From assembly GCA_034723415.1 (NCBI GenBank), contig JAYEOX010000044.1:1998-19325 (forward strand): a DNA stretch of 17,328 nucleotides. Reading direction: 5' to 3'. How positions within the stretch are numbered: position 1 is the first letter of the stretch; the number at the start of each line of letters is the position of its first letter. The position numbers and the translations under genes were made by a program. This document shows positions 1 through 7,646 of this stretch, in pieces. Source of the stretch: Fidelibacterota bacterium. GTDB taxonomy: Bacteria; Fidelibacterota; Fidelibacteria; Fidelibacterales; Fidelibacteraceae. The notes under the pieces were generated by a model. It was given only the letters and a program-made list of their open reading frames with translations. It was not told the origin of the DNA and did no database searches.

Positions 1-1
1 A

Positions 2-772
2 TTTCAACTCCATCGCTTTCGAATGAGACAAATTCTCTATCAATTTGAATTCCAGATCATATTTTTTTGCTATTTTATTGCAAATTGGAATTATTATATT
101 ACTTCCTTTATAGTAACGATTTGTCGGTGCATGTGAAATTACTAATTTTTTATTTAACTTCGATTTAGAAATATAATTTTTTGTCTCAAATGGTAAAAAT
201 AAATAATTAATATTCGGATGTCTCTCTAAAAGATCAACTTCATTTGTTAAATTCAAATCACTTATTTTATCAATTTCCGGAATTACCCCTCTCGTTCGCA
301 AATCTTCACCATGATAGTGACAAACAATTTTTTTACCATTTTTAGCTAATTCCTTAATAATTCTCGAATTCTTAAAAAAACCAATTCCGGATTCCAAATG
401 ATAAATATCATAATTCAATAAATCGTTTTTCTTAATTGCAGACATAATTCTCTTTTCATTTAATTTGTCTTTCAATTTGAAAAAAAGATTATCTAAATTC
501 CCCTCTGGTGAATAAATTGGCGGATAACCATTTTTTTCTTTATAATATCCTAATTTTCCTCTATACAATTTATAAAAATTATGCCGCACATTTTTTAATA
601 ATGGTTTTGTAAAATTCATCGGTAAATTTAAACATATATCGCTTTCATAATTTTTTGGTGAATGAAAAAATGTAATACTACGACAAATATTCCCCTTTCC
701 CTCATGAATTTTCTTCCAAAGTTCTAATGTTCCAACAGTATTTTCCGGTGATATATAAAGAATTTTTAACAT
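2..772 (-). CDS. Glycosyltransferase, GT-B fold (GT4-like); 5' part only, runs off the window start
   Basis: Not in the ORF track. My translation from ATG at 772 stays open for 257 codons to the window edge: MLKILYISPENTVGTLELWKKIH...YDIYHLESG...KKIVCHYHGEDLR...VISHAPTNRYYKGS...LIENLSHSKAMELK. The N-terminal KILYI strand and the DIYH, xHG and KG motifs are typical of GT-B enzymes. Confidence 0.8.
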   Translation of the reverse strand, partial: MLKILYISPENTVGTLELWKKIHEGKGNICRSITFFHSPKNYESDICLNLPMNFTKPLLKNVRHNFYKLYRGKLGYYKEKNGYPPIYSPEGNLDNLFFKLKDKLNEKRIMSAIKKNDLLNYDIYHLESGIGFFKNSRIIKELAKNGKKIVCHYHGEDLRTRGVIPEIDKISDLNLTNEVDLLERHPNINYLFLPFETKNYISKSKLNKKLVISHAPTNRYYKGSNIIIPICNKIAKKYDLEFKLIENLSHSKAMELK

Positions 773-840
773 AGTATAAATATAAATAATTTTTGCAATA
801 CATTTAATTAAAAAGTATAAAAATTAAATATAAATTTTTA

Positions 841-869
841 TAGATTTTTATCAATAAATTTTGTATAAT
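841..869 (+). promoter_or_regulatory. Candidate sigma70 promoter for tig-clpP-clpX
   Basis: TAGATT(841-846)-17 nt-TATAAT(864-869). SD TAAGGAG at 927-933 precedes the TTG start at 940. The AT-rich context makes chance matches possible. Confidence 0.4.
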
Positions 870-939
870 TAATACTTTGAAAACAAATTTTAAGATAATT
901 TAAATCGAATTTCATTTTCAATAAAATAAGGAGTATTTT

Positions 940-2223
940 TTGGAAACAAAAATAAATGAAAAATCAAAAACAGAAATAGAAATAGACATTAAAATCCCAT
1001 GGTCAGAAATTGGTAAGGATTATGAAAGTTTTTTATCAAAATATAGTAAAAAAATAAAGTTACCGGGTTTTAGAAAAGGAAAAGCTCCATTAGGGATAAT
1101 TGAAAAAAAATACGGACAAACGATAGAATGGGATTTTATAAAAGAAAACTTTTGGACATATTATTCAAAAGCAATAGAAGAAAAAAAGATCAAGCCAATA
1201 AATCAACCACAACTTACAGATGTAAATTTTAAGAAGGGCGAACATTTATCCGTTTCATTCCTATTGCAAATATTACCAGAGTGGGATTTACCTAATTATA
1301 AAGATTCTTTCAAAGTTGAAAAGCCATATTACAAGATCACAAAAAAAGATGTCGAACATTCTATCGAAGAATTAAGAAAAAAACATGCTAAAACTAAAGA
1401 GATAAAAACACCGGCACAAATGGGAAATCATCTTACAGCACAAGTACAGAAATTAGATAAAAATGGGAATAGCATTGACAAGCCAGAAGAAACAGTAATC
1501 CCTATCGGTGAACAAATTTTCACCGGAAAAATAGCAGACGATCTGACAGGTATTAAAGTTGACGAAACTCGAACGATCACTTTAGAAGATCCTGCAAAAA
1601 AAGAAAATAAAGTTAAATTTAAAGTAACTCCATCAAAAATAGAAGAACATATTTTACCGGAATTAACCGATGAATTTGCAAAGAAAGTTGATCCAAAATT
1701 AAATGACTTAAAGGAATTGAATAATTTAGTAAATTCAGAATTAGAGAAATCTTGGGAAAAAGAGGTAGAAAAAGCTGTAACAGAAAATATTGCAGATTAT
1801 TTTATTGAACAACTCAGTGATCTTGAATTACCTTCTGATATGGTAGAAAATTATTTAGAGAAATTATTTGAAGATGAAAAGAAACAAAATCCAAAAATAA
1901 AAGATGAAGATCTTGATGAATTCAAAAAAACAATGAAAGATCAAGCAATTAAGATCATAAAATGGGTATTAGTAAAAAATCGTATAATTGAAAATGAAAA
2001 AATTGAAATAACAGAAGAAAACGTGAAAAGTGAAGTGGATAAAATTTTATTAAATATTAAAGATGAGAAACAAAAGGAAATGTACAAACAGTATTACAAT
2101 TCAAAAGAATTCAAAGAGAATTTGAAAAGCCAATTATTAGAAGAAAAATTAATGGATCATATAAAGGAATTCGTAAAATATAAAAAGAAAAAAGTTGATA
2201 AAGACAATCTCACAGGGAGGTAA
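940..2223 (+). CDS. tig: Trigger factor
   Basis: Ribosome-binding signature [19 protein letters not shown] linker, 427 aa, TTG start with strong SD, canonical tig-clpP-clpX order. Confidence 0.96.
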   Translation: METKINEKSKTEIEIDIKIPWSEIGKDYESFLSKYSKKIKLPGFRKGKAPLGIIEKKYGQTIEWDFIKENFWTYYSKAIEEKKIKPINQPQLTDVNFKKGEHLSVSFLLQILPEWDLPNYKDSFKVEKPYYKITKKDVEHSIEELRKKHAKTKEIKTPAQMGNHLTAQVQKLDKNGNSIDKPEETVIPIGEQIFTGKIADDLTGIKVDETRTITLEDPAKKENKVKFKVTPSKIEEHILPELTDEFAKKVDPKLNDLKELNNLVNSELEKSWEKEVEKAVTENIADYFIEQLSDLELPSDMVENYLEKLFEDEKKQNPKIKDEDLDEFKKTMKDQAIKIIKWVLVKNRIIENEKIEITEENVKSEVDKILLNIKDEKQKEMYKQYYNSKEFKENLKSQLLEEKLMDHIKEFVKYKKKKVDKDNLTGR

Positions 2224-2225
2224 TT

Positions 2226-2810
2226 ATGCAAATTCCAATAGTCATAGAAAAAACAGGTCAAGGTGAAAGAGCTTATGACATCTATTCAAGATTATTAAAA
2301 GAGAGAATAATTTTTTTAGGCACAGCGATTGACGATAATTTGAGCAGTTTGATAATTGCACAACTATTATTTTTAGAAGCAGAGGATCCGGAAAAAGATA
2401 TAAATTTATACATCAATACTCCAGGTGGATCTGTTACTGCCGGTTTATCTGTTTTTGATACAATGAATTATGTAAAACCGGACATATCGACAATTTGCAT
2501 TGGGCAAGCCGCTTCAATGGGAGCATTCTTGCTTGCAGCTGGGAAAAAGGGAAAAAGATTTGCCCTGCCTAATTCTAGAATAATGCTCCATCAACCATTA
2601 GGAGGAGTTGAAGGACAAGCAAGTGACATTAAGATTCATGCAGAAGAAATTTTGAAATTAAAGAAAAAACTAAATAAAATACTTTCAGAAACAACTAATA
2701 CGAATATTAAGACAATTGAAAGAGATACAGACAGGAACTTTTTCTTATCAGCAAAAGAATCTATTAAGTATGGAATAATCGATGAGATCCTAAATCAGAA
2801 GAAAAAATAA
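2226..2810 (+). CDS. clpP: ATP-dependent Clp protease proteolytic subunit
   Basis: [25 protein letters not shown], catalytic Ser in AASMG, His in MLHQP, Asp in DRNFF. SD GGGAGG lies within the end of tig. Confidence 0.99.
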   Translation: MQIPIVIEKTGQGERAYDIYSRLLKERIIFLGTAIDDNLSSLIIAQLLFLEAEDPEKDINLYINTPGGSVTAGLSVFDTMNYVKPDISTICIGQAASMGAFLLAAGKKGKRFALPNSRIMLHQPLGGVEGQASDIKIHAEEILKLKKKLNKILSETTNTNIKTIERDTDRNFFLSAKESIKYGIIDEILNQKKK

Positions 2811-2834
2811 ATATATAGGAATTAATGGATAATT

Positions 2835-4088
2835 ATGACTAAAGATAATAAAAAAAACAATGATATAAAATATTGCAATTTTTGTGGCAGGTCAAATAAG
2901 GAAGTATCATTTTTAACAGAAGGAATTGGCGCTTCAATTTGCGACAAATGTGCTGCTACAATTACTGAATTTACTAAAAAACGATCTGCTTCAAATGTAA
3001 ACTTGAAATTAGACAATCTGCCGACTCCAAAAGAAATTCATAAAAAATTAGACAATTTTATTATTGGTCAAGAAAATGCAAAAAAGACAATTTCTATTGC
3101 AGTTTACAACCATTATAAAAGAATACTTCATCACAATTCAAATGATGACGAAGTCGAATTAGAAAAAAGTAATATACTTATGTTGGGACCAACAGGAACC
3201 GGGAAGACACTCATCGCTCAAACATTGGCAAGAATACTCGAAGTGCCTTTTGCAATTGCAGATGCAACGGTCTTAACTGAAGCTGGATATGTAGGTGAAG
3301 ATGTAGATAATATTATTACAAGATTATTACAAGCAGCAGATTATAATGTGGAAGCTGCAGAAAGAGGTATTATTTACATTGACGAATTAGATAAAATTGG
3401 TAAGAAATCAGGTAATCCTTCAATTACTCGTGATGTTAGTGGTGAAGGTGTACAGCAGGCACTGTTAAAAATTTTGGAAGGAACAACTTCATCTGTTATG
3501 CCTGAAGGCGGAAGAAAACATCCCGAAGCAAAATTGGTGAATGTGAATACACGAAATATTCTCTTTATCGGTGGCGGTGCATTTAACGGGTTGGAAAATA
3601 TTATTGGACAGAGAATTGGTAAAAACAACATTGGATTCGGAACAAAAAAACAAACAAAAAAAGAACAAAACAGATCGTTAATACTTTCACAAACAATCCC
3701 TCAAGATCTTGTTCACTACGGCTTTATTCCGGAATTAGTTGGTAGATTGCCAATAACAACGACATTAGAACAATTAGATACAAATGCTTTGCTTTCAATT
3801 TTATCTAAACCAAAAAATGCTTTGCTCAAACAATACAAAAAACTTTTTGAACTTGAAAATATTGAATTGGAATTTGAAAAATCCGCATTAGATGAAATCG
3901 TAAAAATCGCTTTTCAAAAAGACACCGGTGCAAGAGCTTTACGCTCTACAATAGAAAATATAATGTTAGATGTTATGTATGAAATACCGGGAAATAAGGA
4001 TATTAAAAAAGTTATAATTAATAAGAATTTCATCACAAACAACGGAAAATACAAATTAATAAAAAAGAAGAAAAAAAAGAAAGCATAA
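2835..4088 (+). CDS. clpX: Clp protease ATP-binding subunit ClpX
   Basis: C4 zinc finger CNFC...CDKC, Walker [13 protein letters not shown] pore loop, Walker [26 protein letters not shown] loop, IGF loop, GARALR. Confidence 0.99.
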   Translation: MTKDNKKNNDIKYCNFCGRSNKEVSFLTEGIGASICDKCAATITEFTKKRSASNVNLKLDNLPTPKEIHKKLDNFIIGQENAKKTISIAVYNHYKRILHHNSNDDEVELEKSNILMLGPTGTGKTLIAQTLARILEVPFAIADATVLTEAGYVGEDVDNIITRLLQAADYNVEAAERGIIYIDELDKIGKKSGNPSITRDVSGEGVQQALLKILEGTTSSVMPEGGRKHPEAKLVNVNTRNILFIGGGAFNGLENIIGQRIGKNNIGFGTKKQTKKEQNRSLILSQTIPQDLVHYGFIPELVGRLPITTTLEQLDTNALLSILSKPKNALLKQYKKLFELENIELEFEKSALDEIVKIAFQKDTGARALRSTIENIMLDVMYEIPGNKDIKKVIINKNFITNNGKYKLIKKKKKKKA

Positions 4089-4094
4089 AAATAA

Positions 4095-4138
4095 TTGAAA
4101 TAATTTTTATTGATATTATAATTAATTAGATGTAAATT
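4095..4138 (+). promoter_or_regulatory. Candidate tandem sigma70 promoters for the tRNA pair
   Basis: TTGAAA(4095-4100)-16-TATAAT(4117-4122) and TTGATA(4110-4115)-17-TAAATT(4133-4138), just upstream of tRNA-Arg. Confidence 0.45.
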
Positions 4139-4159
4139 TTGAACGGATTTTTGAAAATA

Positions 4160-4233
4160 GCGCACGTAGCTCAGCTGGATAGAGTGGCGGATTCCGGTTC
4201 CGCAGGTCGAAGGTTCAAATCCTTTCGTGCGTA
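4160..4233 (+). tRNA. tRNA-Arg(CCG)
   Basis: Cloverleaf: acceptor GCGCACG/CGTGCGT, D-arm GCTC/GAGT with loop AGCTGGATA (A20 Arg determinant), anticodon stem GCGGA/TCCGC, anticodon CCG at 4194-4196, T-arm GAAGG-TTCAAAT-CCTTT, discriminator A. CCA not encoded. Confidence 0.97.
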
Positions 4234-4246
4234 TTTTTTAATAAAA

Positions 4247-4319
4247 GCACCCGTAGCTCAGTTGGCAGAGCAGGTGACTCTTAATCACAAGGTCGAAGGT
4301 TCGAATCCTTCCGGGTGTA
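4247..4319 (+). tRNA. tRNA-Lys(CTT)
   Basis: Acceptor GCACCCG/CGGGTGT, D-arm GCTC/GAGC, anticodon stem GGTGA/TCACA (top pair mismatched), loop CT-CTT-AA with anticodon at 4280-4282, T-arm GAAGG-TTCGAAT-CCTTC, discriminator A. CCA not encoded. Confidence 0.97.
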
Positions 4320-4427
4320 CAAAGTTATCATTATTGATATAAATAATTAACATTTTTAAATAAAGTTCTTGTATATTATGATATGTATAATTAATTTTTA
4401 TAATAAATTTAAAAAAAGAGAATAACT

Positions 4428-5531
4428 ATGAAAAAACTATCTATTTTAATTACATTATTAATTCTTTTTATACTATCAAATTGTGATAATATTACAAATC
4501 CCGAACAGGATAAATATGCAGGAATTATTGAGGGCATTAATTTTGACTCGCTTTTTGCTCCACCAACAGAAAGTGAATTACAAGAAATATCCAACGAATG
4601 GCAAAATAGAGAGATCATATATTCAAATATTAATGTAGTTTTCAGAAAAGATTTACCTATCGGATCTAAAAACTACAATCTTCGTGTTATTTCTCAGGAA
4701 ATAAATAATAACATTCATTATTTTGCAACCATAAATCCACAAAATGCTGATGAAAACAGCTTGCCTATTTTAGTTTATTCGCATGGAGGCGAAGATGGAG
4801 TAAACATTTCAGAAGTAATTGCTTTGTCGGAAATAAATATTAACTTTAGAGAGATTATTGACAATTTTACTATTGTGATCCCATCATTTCGTTCAGAACC
4901 AATAATAATTAATGACAGCTTATCATTTCTTTCGGAAGGAGAACCGAGCCATTGGAACTATGATGTAGATGATGCATTAGCAAGTATCAACGCAGCGATT
5001 GATATTACACCGGAAATAGATTCTTCTCAAATAGCAATACTTGGAATAAGTAGAGGTGCATGTGTTGGAATGCTCATGTCAATTCGTGAACCAAAAATCG
5101 ATGTTGTTGTTGAATTTTTTGGGCCGACAGATTTTTTAGGTGATTATGTAAAAGAAATTTTATACAATGCCTTAAAGGGTGGAGATTATGATCTTCCCGG
5201 ATTTGATTATTTGAACGAACATTACATTCAGGTTTTAAAAAATGATGAGATCAGTATTAACGAAACTCGAATAGAGTTAATTCGAAGATCACCGATATAT
5301 TTTATTAATGACTTAGCACCATTACAAGTACATCATGGGACAACTGATGAAATTGTTTCAGTCAGTCAGGCAGAAAGAATAATTGAAGTTTATAATGAAG
5401 CGAATTTTAACGAAAATAGGTTTGAATCATATATTTATGATTCTTACGGTCATAATGAATTTACAATTATGTATGGTATGGAAAATGCATTACAATTTAT
5501 TAAGAATTTTATTTTTGGTATAGTTTCATAA
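4428..5531 (+). CDS. Lipoprotein alpha/beta-hydrolase (S9 peptidase/esterase-like)
   Basis: Signal peptide with lipobox ILSN-C, oxyanion HGG, nucleophile GISRG, acid HGTTD, His in YGHN. Confidence 0.85.
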   Translation: MKKLSILITLLILFILSNCDNITNPEQDKYAGIIEGINFDSLFAPPTESELQEISNEWQNREIIYSNINVVFRKDLPIGSKNYNLRVISQEINNNIHYFATINPQNADENSLPILVYSHGGEDGVNISEVIALSEININFREIIDNFTIVIPSFRSEPIIINDSLSFLSEGEPSHWNYDVDDALASINAAIDITPEIDSSQIAILGISRGACVGMLMSIREPKIDVVVEFFGPTDFLGDYVKEILYNALKGGDYDLPGFDYLNEHYIQVLKNDEISINETRIELIRRSPIYFINDLAPLQVHHGTTDEIVSVSQAERIIEVYNEANFNENRFESYIYDSYGHNEFTIMYGMENALQFIKNFIFGIVS

Positions 5532-5579
5532 TGTAATAAAATCGGAGTCGAAGAATAGCCATAAAAATACACGAAAAAG

Positions 5580-5640
5580 ATTTCACGCCCGTCTGGCCAG
5601 TCGGACAGGCAAAGCTCGCAAAGAAGGAAAGAACGCAAAG
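5580..5640 (+). repeat. CGCAAAG-family short repeat, left copy, interrupted by a GC-rich palindrome
   Basis: ATTTCACGC[insert]AAAGCTCGCAAAG...AACGCAAAG. An inverted counterpart lies at 6067-6094 and another copy at 17315-17327. Confidence 0.7.
5587..5610. repeat. 24-nt imperfect GC-rich palindrome
   Basis: GCCCGTCTGGC-CA-GTCGGACAGGC; 8 of 11 Watson-Crick pairs plus 2 G:T pairs. Confidence 0.7.
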
Positions 5641-5704
5641 ATGTTTTAAGTTTGCAAAGAATAAATATATAGCAACGAACAAAAACGAGCAGAAATTTGA
5701 TATA

Positions 5705-5763
5705 AATTGCCACAGGTTTTAACCTGTGGATGAAAAGATGCTAGCAAAATCGGGCTTTAGCCC
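5705..5763 (+). repeat. REP-like two-hairpin unit, copy 1
   Basis: AATTG-CCACAGGT-TTTA-ACCTGTGG, 22 nt, then GGGC-TTTA-GCCC. Confidence 0.85.
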
Positions 5764-5787
5764 AAATCCGTGAAACGGTGATATATT

Positions 5788-5848
5788 CGGCTAAAGCCGT
5801 TGTTTTGTTTTATTTTTCTCTCTCCACTAACTGAAGTTAGTGGCAATT
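5788..5848 (-). repeat. REP-like two-hairpin unit, copy 2 (inverted)
   Basis: Minus strand reads AATTG-CCACTAAC-TTCA-GTTAGTGG, 24 nt, then CGGC-TTTA-GCCG. Confidence 0.85.
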
Positions 5849-5869
5849 CATAATTGAAAATTGAAAATG

Positions 5870-5930
5870 AATAGCCACGATTTTTAAATCGTGAATTGAA
5901 TAATATAATCTCAAATCCGGGCTTTAGCCC
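5870..5930 (+). repeat. REP-like two-hairpin unit, copy 3
   Basis: AATAG-CCACGATT-TTTA-AATCGTGA, 24 nt, then GGGC-TTTA-GCCC. Confidence 0.85.
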
Positions 5931-6018
5931 AAAATAATTGACCCGAAAATGCAATATCTCAAAAATATGTCATTTCTTATTAAGCGAAAAACAATTCATC
6001 AAACAAATCACACCATTA

Positions 6019-6040
6019 ACAAGGGAGCTTGCTCGCTCGT
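6019..6040. repeat. Degenerate palindrome (separate REP-like family or terminator relic)
   Basis: ACAAGGGAGC-TT-GCTCGCTCGT; 8 of 10 pairs. Confidence 0.4.
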
Positions 6041-6066
6041 AATCAATAATAAAAAAAGTAATTTCA

Positions 6067-6094
6067 TTTGCGCCTTTGCGACTTTGCGAGAAAT
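6067..6094 (-). repeat. CGCAAAG-family short repeat, right copy (inverted)
   Basis: Plus strand TTTGCGCCTTTGCGACTTTGCGAGAAAT = minus strand ATTTCTCGCAAAGTCGCAAAGGCGCAAA; TTTGCG recurs with 8-nt period. Confidence 0.75.
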
Positions 6095-6125
6095 TTTATT
6101 CACAACCTTAGCGTCTTTACAAAAA

Positions 6126-7616
6126 CTAAAACATCCTACTCATTCTGAAATATCCAATCCAAGGTGCATCTCCTGTTGAAGTTTCTTTTGCAATATCAAA
6201 CCTCACTCCCCATTCATATAGATCACCGGTTTCTATTCCAAATCCAACGGTGCTTTTCAAATCATCAGAATCATAATCTAACAGATCTTCAGAAATTGAA
6301 TTATTGATATCACTATCTACAATTCCCGCATCCACAAATCCAAAAAACCAAATATCATTAAACCCTATACCTATTTCTTGGTTCATCAAAAACATCTTAT
6401 TACCTTGTAATGATTTAAATGGAATCCCTCTGAGAGAACCAATTCCACCTAACCAATATTCATATTGAACCGGATGATCAACATTTGGCTCACCGGTTAC
6501 CATTGATGTTATTACTCTTGTTCTGTTTTGTATAGTTTCTTCTATTGTTGTAATATAATCAAGCTCAAGATGTAATCTGTCAAAATTCCAATCGCTTCCA
6601 TAACCATAATTTTCATAAATCCCACTTAATAACATTTCACCCGGAAAGGTCATTCCACTCTTGCCAATATTTATAGAATTAGAAATACGAAATCCATTTA
6701 GTTTCCCTGAAGTAAATGACAATCCATCAATATTTTTCGCAATTGGCCTATATTCATTTGTCGTATCATTTTTATACAACCCAATTGTATCTTCTGCCTG
6801 AGAAATATATTCAAATTTAAATTTCAAACATTTCCGAAATCTTTGTTGTACACCAATTTTATATCCTTCTGAAAAAATTCTATCATAATTATCTTCTTTT
6901 TTGAATAAATAAGAAATAATGTTATCCAAATCGTTTGTTCTCCACTTATCAAAATGTTCCGTTTGATGATATAGATTTGTATATAAACTTAACTTATTCT
7001 TTTCGAAAAAATTATATCTGACTATTGCCTCAGCTTCCCACTCTTTCATACCAAATGAATATCCACCTTTAAACCCTACATCAAGCATTTCTATATTACC
7101 AACTTCATTTATCATATCTCCAATTTGAAGATAAAGACCTTCCTGACGATTGAAATCAATCCCTGGTTTGAATCTTGAAAATGGATCTACTTCCCGAAAT
7201 GTATGTGAAACATTTATATGACTATCATCACCAAAGTGATAATTGAGTTTTGATTGATTCCAATTAAATTCCGGCACTTTAACATGATTACCTTTTATGA
7301 TTGCTTCAACTATATCACCATCAACAATTGCAGATTCGGTTTTAATTATTTTCCCTCCGATATTTTTTATATTTCCATTGATTACAGAAGTGCTGTCTAA
7401 AAATATTTCACCACCATAAACAGTAATATTTCCATTAACAACACCGGCAATATTCACATCACCGACAAACATTTTTAAATGAACATTTGCTTTTAAAGTA
7501 TCACCCGCTTCAAGAAAATAATCATCAAATTTTTCATTAATTACAACCTCATCTTTAGCAAACGAAAATGTAACGAGCGTTAAAACAACTAATATTAATT
7601 TATAAAACAATTTCAT
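6126..7616 (-). CDS. Outer-membrane protein with an N-terminal short beta-helix (bactofilin-like) and a C-terminal Omp85/BamA-TamA-like barrel
   Basis: Signal peptide (TFSFA/KD); repeats GDVNIAGVVNGNITVYGGEI...INGNIKNIGG...VDGDI; alternating aromatic strands; loop-6-like GGIGSLRG; FVDAG strand; C-terminal Phe. Confidence 0.7.
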   Translation of the reverse strand: MKLFYKLILVVLTLVTFSFAKDEVVINEKFDDYFLEAGDTLKANVHLKMFVGDVNIAGVVNGNITVYGGEIFLDSTSVINGNIKNIGGKIIKTESAIVDGDIVEAIIKGNHVKVPEFNWNQSKLNYHFGDDSHINVSHTFREVDPFSRFKPGIDFNRQEGLYLQIGDMINEVGNIEMLDVGFKGGYSFGMKEWEAEAIVRYNFFEKNKLSLYTNLYHQTEHFDKWRTNDLDNIISYLFKKEDNYDRIFSEGYKIGVQQRFRKCLKFKFEYISQAEDTIGLYKNDTTNEYRPIAKNIDGLSFTSGKLNGFRISNSINIGKSGMTFPGEMLLSGIYENYGYGSDWNFDRLHLELDYITTIEETIQNRTRVITSMVTGEPNVDHPVQYEYWLGGIGSLRGIPFKSLQGNKMFLMNQEIGIGFNDIWFFGFVDAGIVDSDINNSISEDLLDYDSDDLKSTVGFGIETGDLYEWGVRFDIAKETSTGDAPWIGYFRMSRMF

Positions 7617-7646
7617 TTTTTATCTCCCTTTAACTTCAATTTTAAT

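Noticed and set aside
2825..2842. Mini-ORF MDNYD* overlapping the clpX start
   Set aside because: AGGA is only 4 nt from its ATG; such short frames are expected by chance and there is no support for translation
4326..4339. Hairpin TATCA-TTAT-TGATA after tRNA-Lys as a terminator
   Set aside because: Five AT-rich pairs and no U-tract; too weak to call
4139..4342. 67-aa ORF in the track
   Set aside because: It is a translation of the two tRNA genes
5705..5930. Possible CRISPR array or integron attC sites
   Set aside because: Units alternate in orientation and differ in stem sequence; no identical direct repeats, no cas or intI gene, no RYYYAAC/GTTRRRY box pairs and no cassettes between them
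4247..6125. Genomic island integrated at tRNA-Lys carrying the hydrolase
   Set aside because: No integrase, and I found no duplicated tRNA 3' end; the TTCGACTCC-like string at 5544-5552 (minus strand) matches neither tRNA
5450..6179. Short ORFs 5450..5713(-), 5757..5954(-) and 5949..6179(+)
   Set aside because: They run through the palindromic repeats and overlap real gene ends; no HUH, DDE or other recognisable motifs
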